64,000 bases of DNA from Takakia lepidozioides (lineage: Eukaryota; Plantae; Bryophyta). The stretch lies in NCBI GenBank assembly GCA_030704615.1, contig CM060731.1, positions 52,576,001-52,640,000 on the forward strand, given 5' to 3'. A program made the translations under genes and the position numbers. Positions 28,346-36,882 of this stretch are shown piece by piece. Position 1 is the stretch's first letter, and each line of letters starts with the position of its first letter. The notes beneath the pieces are model-generated. The model was not told where the DNA came from. It was given only the letters and a program-made list of their open reading frames with translations, and did not search any database.

Positions 28346-28739
28346 CACATTTGAAATTTCCCCCCAAAAGTATGTATATATTGTACATACGTGATGGGCA
28401 ACTTTTTAAGTTTTTAAACCTTTTCACAAACCCTATAAGCAACTTTTTGTTTTAAATTAAAGGAAACCTCAGGTCCTTGAGGAGGGGAAAAAATTAACCC
28501 CCTTTCATTTATGGGCCATGAGACCTACAAGAGGATCAACGCCCAGACATACCGTCGTCACAAACAATCCCACACATGGAGTAATGCAGCGGGTTTGAAC
28601 CCTGAACCACCAGGGCGACACACTTTGCACTTACCAGCTGATGTGTTTTTTTTTAAATCTTTTGCACTTTGATTTAAAATAAAAAAAATCATTTTAGTGG
28701 TTACAAGTGAGCACATAGATGTATTCCATGGAGATAAAC

Positions 28740-29072
28740 AAAACTGTTCATCCGGTGTCTTCACGGTGGATGTATCCCATGGAGCGTTACATGAAAGATC
28801 TTAAGGGATACGTTAGGAATTACGCAAAGCCAGAAGGGAGTACGGCTGCAGGGTATGTTCTGGATGAGGCCATGAGGTTCATGACTGAGTATATGCAATC
28901 ATTTGATGCAACTCAACAGCGGACTTGGGATGCAAATGCGGAGGAAGGGGTTGAGGACGAGGTCTTCGAAGGTGTCGCCAAAAAGCGGGACATGACTGGA
29001 GCTGGGAGAGATGCAGCACAAATTTTGTATGTGCTGAACAATATCAATGTCATGGCTCTTTGGGTGCAGTGA
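28740..29072 (+). pseudogene. CACTA TnpD/Tnp2 transposase remnant (DUF4218-like region)
   Basis: PVSSRWMYPMERYMKDLKGYVRNYAKPEGSTAAGYVLDEAMRFMTEYM is the characteristic WMYP.ER...LK.YVRN...PEGS...GY motif. Confidence 0.85.
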
Positions 29073-30851
29073 GTACTTCTTTTCATTGCACCTTATTCAT
29101 ATCAAGTTCAATTTCAATTCTGACTGCCACCAGTGTAATCAAACCACCCACAAAGTCACAAATGTCAGTGATTCATCCTGACTATAACCAATGTTGTAGT
29201 AATGGAATGTCTGAGTGAGTGACTTGTTGGAAGAGCATGTTCATTTACAAGTCATTCTGCTCACTCCTCCAGTGGTTTGAAACAGTGGTTTTCAAAATAT
29301 CATTCATGCTAGGTATTTTTTGCTCAGTAATGCAATACTTCATTGCTAACATGTGTCATCCTTGTTGCCATTTTGTGACAAAAAGTATGCAACAAAGAAG
29401 GCACAGTTCACAGCAGACAGAGAAGCATGTGGTGATGAGTGACATGCCAATCGACGTCTACCTTATCATATCAGCCAATACCTAGGTCATTAGATGGTCC
29501 CACGGCTCTAAATAAAGAAGACCTGACTATGTTGGCTACCATTCAAGCGACATTTGTGCAACCAACCGCTATTCCAGTTGAGCAAAGTGATTCAGAGGGT
29601 GACGAATATGTTTCAGATTCAGAATAAAGTTTATTGTTGGAACCATTTGTTCAATAGCATCATCCCACAATGGTCTGGCCACTAGTCTATTTTTCAAAGT
29701 CTGTCACAGCTGCACAAACCACTTAAAGTTTTTCATGTATCACCCAAAAAGTGGTACCAATCACTATTGTGTAGGCAACCACTCATGAGCAACCACTAGC
29801 ATAGTGGTTCCAATTACTACAGTATCTTTCACCACCCACTCTCCACCACTGTCAAAGTGGTACAAATCAATGAGGTGTCCCACTCAAGATCAACGTGCAC
29901 TGTCCCCGTCCACGTGGAATATTATATTTATGAATTAAAATATATTTCTAAATAATAAATCACAAATAAATTTGAATTATTACACGTGGAGTAGCACGTG
30001 GTTTCAACCACTTCCCATCACTGAGGTGTCTATAACCACTCACAATGTACCACTGCACTCGTCCACGTGGAATATTATATTAATTAATTAAAATATATTA
30101 GCAAATAAATAATAATAAATAAAAACAAATTATTACACGTGGACTACTGAGTGGTTGAAACCACTTCCAACCACTGTCTGTGATGCCACCGTGGCATTTC
30201 ATTGGGATTAACCACTGGCAAGTGGTTACTAGTGGTTTATAGAGTGGAAAAAGACAGCAGTGGTTAAAAGGCCAGTGATTATTCCACGTTTTTCTTCTAG
30301 TGAAAGGACCTCTTGTGTGTGCTACTTGTGTCTCTAGTTAGGTAATGTCGGATTGGTCTGTGAGAACCACCACGGTGCAGTTGAGTAGGCAAAGATTGAA
30401 ACACAGTATGCTACGACCAAGTTGACTCTCCCAATAACCTTGTAAATATCAAGGAAGAATACCAAATCATGGACTAACCAGTGTTGGACCGGTATATAGG
30501 TCTTGGGCAGGTATCAACTAGGGTAAGGGTAATGGTATGAAGGATCATACCAGGTAGGTACCTACAAGGGCAAAACCCGGCAATACCCTAGACTTCTAAA
30601 ATCCTGGCGTAAAACATACCAGTCGAGTCTTCTTCCTCGCGCTACCACTCCAATACCATGCATGCGTCGGTTGAGGGACAGGATGTAGGGGTAGGGTCTA
30701 GGGTAGTTTGAGGTTAGGGATACTAACTACATATAGCGTTTTCAAGAGGGCACTTCAATGAGGATGAGTTACAGGATGCTAATATGTTTGAAGAGGAGTA
30801 GATGAAATGCAATTTGTTACCTTCTGCTCTTAAAGAGTGATAGAACAGAGT

Positions 30852-31857
30852 GGGGGATGCTATTCTGTGAGCAGATCCCGCGAGCAGAAAAATCCGTGAG
30901 CAGAAAAATGCTCACGCCCGCGGGCGCCTATTCAACTTAGAAGACCTATTACTGCGCATAGTGGCCAGTATTACATGCTCGGTTATGGATGCTGCTGGGA
31001 TGAATGGCGGATGAATGTTTGTATGATGAATGAGACATGGATGAATGAAAGAAATGTAATAATACAAAGTTGTTTTGTAGTAGTAGCTCCCAAATCCCCC
31101 GAGCTCCGAAATCTTTTAAACCATGCTAGTCTTGCTTGCAAATCAATTGTGAAAGTACAGTGTATATTGCCAACAATGAATCCACATTGCTTTGTGGATT
31201 GAGGAGGGGTTACTTGTCATTTTTACAGGTATCCAAGGTTGAGAAAAATGCTCACACCCAAATCTAAAGAAGGCAGAGAAGTGAACTCGTGCTTTATAAA
31301 TAAACATTTCAAAACACGTACTGGGAATTAAGATGTCGTTAACGACACCTTAATCCCCAACACCTGCACACACACCGCCTTACCACCAAGGCTTGTTCGC
31401 CATCGGATTTTTTTGGGTGAATTTTTTTAGGGTTTTTGATTTTTTCATGAAGTGTCATATGCCAACTCGTAGTGGGAATTAAGATGTCGTTGACGACACC
31501 TTAATCCCCAGCACCTGCACACACACCACCTTACCGCCAAGGCTTGTTCGCCATCAAATTTTTGTGGGTTGAAAATTTTTGGGGTAATTTTTTTGGGGTT
31601 TTTGGTTTTTCCATGAATTGTCATGTGCCAACTCGTACTGGGAATTAAGATGTTGTTGACGACACATTAATCCCCAGCACCTGCACACACACCGCCTTAC
31701 CGCCAAGGTTGTCCATCAGATTTTTTTGGGTTGAAATTTTTTGGGTGATTTTTTTTTGGGTTTTTGGTTTTTCCGTGAATTGACATGTGCCAACTCGTAC
31801 TGGGAATTAAGATGTCGTTGACGATACCTTAATCTGGCACATTTGGGGGGGTTGGGG

Positions 31858-31893
<36 letters not shown>

Positions 31894-32478
31894 AAAACTT
31901 GCTGGGAATTAAGATGTCGTTGACGACACCTTAATCCCCACCACCTGCACACACACCACCTTATCGCCAAGGCTACTTCGCCTTGAAAGTTTTTTGGGTT
32001 GAAATTGTTTTGGTTAATGTTTTTGGGAAAAAAAATTCGGGGATTTTGGTTTTTCCGTAAGCTGTCATGTGCCAACTCGTACTGGGAATTAAGATGTCGT
32101 TGACGACACCTTAATCCCGAGCACCTGCACACGCACCATAATTCATTCATGTCGTCCATTTTTCATCCAAAAGTCATCCAACATTCATCCATTCTTTTTT
32201 TCATTCATCTCAAAACCATTCATCTGGCAGCTTTTCATTGCCCATTCATACCATATGGTCGTCACCCAACAAGTATTCTTCCGTCGGATGGGGTGACAAT
32301 TGCGTCCGTGCAGTGTAGTTTTTGTCCACGGCAATAGGCCATCTTTTCCTTCGGTTATAGGCTCACATTCACTAATCTACTCACGCTTGCAATCTGATCA
32401 CGCTTAAGGGATTCTGCTCACGTTTACCACTTAAAGCGTGAGCGTGCTCACGTGAACTGCTCACATGGTAGCTACCCT
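30852..32478. mobile_element. Nested TIR element (possibly PIF/Harbinger-like) inside the hAT
   Basis: Imperfect inverted ends GGGATGCTATTCTGTGAGCAG and the reverse complement GGGTAGCTACCATGTGAGCAG. GTGAGCA/TGCTCAC motif clusters at both ends. No clear TSD. Confidence 0.5.
31315..32135. repeat. Tandem array of six ~100-180-bp units, each with a palindromic core; interrupted by (TA)n at 31861-31891
   Basis: The core GGGAATTAAGATGTCGTTGACGACACCTTAATCCC occurs at ~31323, 31474, 31640, 31802, 31904 and 32084. Confidence 0.9.
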
Positions 32479-32494
32479 CGAGAAAAATTATGGG

Positions 32495-32760
32495 CATTCT
32501 GGAGAGACTAAGTATAGCTCGTATGAGGGAGAGTGCTTAGCTGCAGTGTGGGCCATGACACACTTCAGGTACTATCTATATGACAATCTCTTTACCTTTG
32601 TCACAGATCACCAGCCACTCAAGTGGTTGATGAAGTCAGACAAGCTTACGGGGAAGCTTACACGATGGGCACTCATACTCCAAGAGTATGACTTTCAGGT
32701 GGTGCATCGACCAGGTTTGGTCAATCGGGATGCGGATGGATTGAGTCGCAATCCATGCAC
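32495..32760 (+). mobile_element. Ty3/Gypsy pol fragment (RNase H)
   Basis: ETKYSSYEGECLAAVWAMTHFRYYL...VTDHQPLKWL...RWALILQEYDFQVVHRPG...DADGLSR. Confidence 0.9.
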
Positions 32761-33324
32761 GAGCCAGAGGATGACACTGGAGCTCGATGATATAGTGAGA
32801 CGGACGAGGAGATGGTACTGAGATGGCACGTATCTGCGTTTTGTGTATTTTGGCATCGGGAGGTCAGGTTGGACCTACAACATGGATGACTGTAGAGTTG
32901 AAATGGGCCATTTGAACTATTCAAATGGCCATTACATTTGAACAGTTGAAATGACCATTTGAATAGTTGAAATCTTAATATGATTTAAAGGGCCTCCGTC
33001 CATTTTTCATTTTTATTTTTATTTTTAAGAGTTAGAAAGAATTGCACTAGTGTAGCTGGTACCAGACCCTCTTACATACCAGGCTGATATGACTTTTAAA
33101 AATTTGTTTAATACCATACCAGTCAGATTTTCACTTTGATACCATACCATACCGTACCAGGCTATTAAATTTACACGTCATTTGATATGAGTACCATACT
33201 GGTTTCAATAATTCAACTGTACCCCGATAAAGGTGGACGCGTTGCCGAAGCAAACGTAACTTATGGTGTCACTTGGCCCCATAGGGCTACTGCCTTCCGG
33301 TGGGAAGGTGGACACCGTAAATGA

Positions 33325-33397
33325 CTTCTAAGAGGTGGATTGAACCCACAACCACTCGTGAGAGGGTATGTGCCCTTACCACTGGGCTACATGTTGG
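33325..33397 (-). other. tRNA-like Pol III A/B-box sequence near the hAT right end
   Basis: Reverse complement reads TGTAGCCCAGTGGTAAGGGC...GGGTTCAATCC. Confidence 0.45.
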
Positions 33398-33772
33398 TTT
33401 CTGTACCCCAATACCTTTACCCTAGTGGTATCAAAAAACCATAATACCAATCCAACACTGGTACTAACATGAGCCAAAAGCCCACATTTGCAGGATGGAC
33501 AAACTTCTTCACATCGTACATTAAGAAAAAGCCACATCTTGCGATTGCGGTTGCGGTTGTGGCTGCGGTTGTCCCACCATCGTGAAGGATCTTTAAAAAA
33601 CTCATGCCCAACTTTGCTCCGTGCTCCAAGATAGAGGTTCGTGCTCGAAAATCCGACAGCATCAACATTTTGACAAGGTCCTTACTGAGTGGTGCTAGTG
33701 AGTTTTCAACAACATTCATGCAAGTTGTTTTAGGCTCCATTGGGCTCTACCCGACGAGGACCCGACGAACTT

Positions 33773-34985
33773 GTCCAGACTTACACAGATGCCCTGACCC
33801 ACCTGCAGTTAGGCACCCAGTAGTTAGTGTCATTTAGGCTAACTATTGGGTTTAGGTGCCCCCACTTACGGTTATACTAACTAGCACTCCCAATAGTTAG
33901 TACCTCTCACTATCTGAGATAGAGTAGTTTGGTGTAAAAGCTAATGGGCCTGAAACAGGTCCTTTAAGCTAACAGGTGCACACGTCTTTGCCACGTTGGC
34001 TTGCCATCTCCTTGAGCGTGGGGTATCGGGAATGGACTGTCATGGAGTGGAGGCTCTGCCTGGATCGAGTTTCATTGATGCGAAGTGCTTCATCGTCGCG
34101 GAAAGCACATCCTATTTTATTTTTCTTTACATACTCTAGTTTTAGGGCATATATGCAACCAAAAACCTACGTCCCCCAAAAAATTCTAAATATGCCATAC
34201 ATGGATTAGTTTTGGTTGAAATCAAGCTCGGAGCATTCAAGGTCTTATATGTCACTCGGCAGGGGCTGTTTCCATAGGACTCACATGGCTTGCGTGGAAA
34301 TATTGCTCTACGTGGCTGAGAATCGCCATACAAATAGGGCACTAATTGATATCCTGGTGGGACACCATTACATTTAAGTTCTCCAATTAGTGATTCTCTT
34401 ATTAGTGTTAACTGTGAATGGGGCACTAAATTCAGTTAAGACTAATTGGGTACCTGATAGTGAGACACTAACTATTGGGAGCAGCCCTTTTTTTTAGGCG
34501 AAAAGTGGCCAAAAAGCTACAAAAAATGTGGGCCGCAACACCCCTATTCAAAAACCGGGGCAAAAATAAAAAATATCGCCAAAACAGGGTGGGCCCTTGG
34601 CCAACTGGTGCCAGAAAGCACCAGGGGAACCACCCTTTTTGCATGGGATCTGGGAGCATGGCACCCTAAATCCAAGGGCTGGCGCCCCATCGCACCAAGA
34701 GTTAGCGCAATTTCGCCATCTGCACCTATCTCCACCGTCCGATCTCCAACCAGTAGCCATACTGCACATATATTTATATGTAGCCATATTACAGCCATAT
34801 ATAGTATTGCACAATACTTTGCATACCTGTAGCCAGGTAGGATCCAGGTGGACATTGTACATGTCGCCACCTCTGCACTTAACCCCAAAAAAAATTTCGC
34901 CACCTCCACGACTAGGCATAAATGAAAAAAAAAGGGATGATTGGGAGTACTAACTGCAGGTGGGGCTTATGTTTGCAGTCTGGAG
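33773..34985. mobile_element. Non-coding element with imperfect TIRs, filling most of the spacer of the inverted duplication
   Basis: TCCAGACT...CCCACCTGCAGTTAG at the left end and CTAACTGCAGGTGGG...AGTCTGGA at the right. Internal inverted motifs CTCCCAATAGTTAG / CTAACTATTGGGAG. Confidence 0.55.
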
Positions 34986-35469
34986 ACTGTAGAGTGAAAA
35001 CGACCGAGGGAGGGAGGGAGGCGCTGAGCAGCCACAGTGTTCTACCCTGGGTCTATTCCAAATTCCAATATGTACCCTGTGAGGCAAGGGTCCGGGGTCG
35101 TGGACATGAATACGGCTATTGCCTTGGGAAAGTGGCAATTGCATGTGGGGCCCATTTGGCGGCTGCAGGCAAGCGCTAACCGCTAGGAGCCATCAGAACG
35201 GCACGACCACGAACCGGTGGTCCATGTAGGGCCCCTGACCGCTGCCACCTTGAAGAGCACAGTAATATCCTTGTTGAAAGTTCGGTAAAACGATGAAAAG
35301 GTTTCTTGAGCAGAGTTTGGAGTTCGTTGTTCCTCATCGTGTAGAGCCCAATGGAGCCCAAAACAACTTGCATGAATGTTGTTGAAAGCTCACTAGCACC
35401 CCTCAGTAAAGGACCTTGTCACAATGTTGATGCTGTCGGATTTTCGATCACAAACCTCTACCTTGGAGC

Positions 35470-36689
35470 ACGGAGCAGAGCTGGCATGAGTTTTGTAAAG
35501 ATAGTTCACGATGGTGGGACAACCGCAATCGCAAGGTGTGGCTTTTTCTTAATGTACGATGTGAAGAAGTTTGTCCATGCTGCAAATGTGGGCTCTTGGC
35601 TCCTGTTAGTACCATGATTTGGTATTCTTCCTCATGTTTACAAGGTTCTTGGGAGAGTCAGCTTGGTCTTAGCAGGCCGTGTTTCAATCTCTGCCTGCTC
35701 AGCTGCACCGTGGTGGTTCTCACAGACCAATCCGAGATTACCTGACTACAGACACAAGCAGCACACACAAGAGGTCCTTTTGGGTTGATGGTCGGTCAAA
35801 TCCTCCATGGGTCACGACACAAGGTCAAGGACAATGTGGTGAGGGCACCTTCTTCTTCGACCTATTTCAGCCTGTTTTGCGCTCTCATCAGCCTCGGCCC
35901 TGAATTTGCATATTGAATATGGTGTCTGCATCCAAGTTGTAGCCTTTCATTTGCCATATGTTGCAGTGCATCTGTGGTGGTTTGGAATGACTTTGACAAG
36001 TTAGTGCCGATGTGGCAGCAGGAAAGTATTCAAAAACAGGTAACAGAGACGGGGAGAAGCGTTGGAATGAACACTTCTCCGACCCCAGTCAATGGTGGGA
36101 CAATGGAGACAAAAAGGTGAATGCCTGTTGGAAGCAGACGCAAGTCAGCATAGGAACTAGTGTGATAAGTATGGTTGGGGTGTTTGCTGGAAGAATTCTA
36201 GGCTGTCATTGTCTGTTGCTAGCAGCAAAGCAAGGATGTATGCATGATTTGTGCAGAGGCATGGATAGCTGAAGGAGCAGGGATGGCGTGTGGGTCCAGA
36301 TTCATCCAAGAGGGCCAGATTTCAAGCTCCAGATTACCTATGACTCCCTGTGGAAGGATAGCTACAAGAAACCTGCATGGGTAGATGGTCAATTGGAAGC
36401 CGCAGCAGCATCGGCACAATTGATAAAATCAGGCACTGCTCATGAAGGCACCTTCTTCAACACATTTCACCCTGTTTTTCCCTCTTATCAGAATCGGCCC
36501 TAAATTTTCATGTTGAATTCTGCAAGTTAGCTGGTTGAGTGAACCTTTGATAGTTTGGAGTGACTTTGACATGATACTGCCAATGTGACAACAGGAAAGT
36601 ATCCAGAAACAGGTAACAGAGACGAAGAGAAGCTGTGGAAAGAATACTTTTCTGACCCCAGTCAATGGTGGGACAAACGAGGCCAAAAG
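35470..36689 (+). other. Upstream exons of the PPR-DYW gene encoding OSB-type PDF motifs: PDF1 ~35470-35535 + 35726-35838 (frameshifted); PDF2 36022-36116 + 36300-~36432; first half of PDF3 36595-36689
   Basis: Translations: WHEFCKDSSRWWDNRNRK|TNPRLPDYRHK...WVDGRSNPPWV; EKRWNEHFSDPSQWWDNGDKK|IHPRGPDFK...KPAWV; EKLWKEYFSDPSQWWDKRGQK|. Each motif is split by a phase-0 intron at the same position. Confidence 0.75.
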
Positions 36690-36882
36690 GTGAATGCCTG
36701 TTAGATTACAGAGAGTAGCAGACGCAATTCAGCATAGGAACTAGTGTGATAAGCTGAGTTGGGTGTTTCCTAGAACAAAACTAGGTTGTCATTGTCAGCT
36801 GCTAGCAGCAAGGCAAGGATGAACGCATGATTTGTGCAGAGGCATGGATAGCTGAAGGAGCAGGGGTAGAGTGTGGGTACAG

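Larger units (their letters stand above)
22982..30302. mobile_element. Non-autonomous CACTA (En/Spm) element, 7.3 kb, carrying captured gene fragments
   Basis: 29-bp TIRs: left CACTAGAAGAAAAACGCGGAATAACCACT, right reverse complement CACTAGAAGAAAAACGTGGAATAATCACT. 3-bp TSD AAA. Dense ACCACT/AGTGGT subterminal repeats at both ends, and the empty site can be reconstructed. Confidence 0.95.
30479..33460. mobile_element. Non-autonomous hAT element, ~3 kb, with nested cargo
   Basis: TIRs CAGTGTTGGA...TCCAACACTG. 8-bp TSD GTACTAAC (left copy has a 1-nt deletion). ATACCA/TGGTAT subterminal repeats. Empty site seen at 27809-27840 and in the reverse complement of 35595-35625. Confidence 0.88.
22635..33771 (-). 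pseudogene. Inverted duplicate of the PPR-DYW gene 5' region (~35320-36160), split into 22635-22981, 30303-30478 and 33461-33771 by two transposon insertions
   Basis: After removing the CACTA and hAT elements, the three pieces join into the reverse complement of 35320-36160. For example, ...TCAACCCCAAA|GGACCTCTTG matches the reverse complement of 35768-35790. Confidence 0.85.

Noticed and set aside
31315-32135. CRISPR-like array of palindromic repeats
   Set aside because: The inter-repeat sequences are homologous to each other rather than unique spacers, the context is eukaryotic, and there are no cas genes.
28281-33397. Functional tRNA genes
   Set aside because: Only A/B boxes are recognisable, with no convincing acceptor and anticodon stems, and they lie inside transposons.
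33417-35617. Paired ORFs MEPKTTCMNVVE... (33417-33740 minus, 35351-35617 plus) as a novel small gene
   Set aside because: They result from the inverted duplication. Their frames diverge through indels, and the conserved PDF motif is in a different frame.
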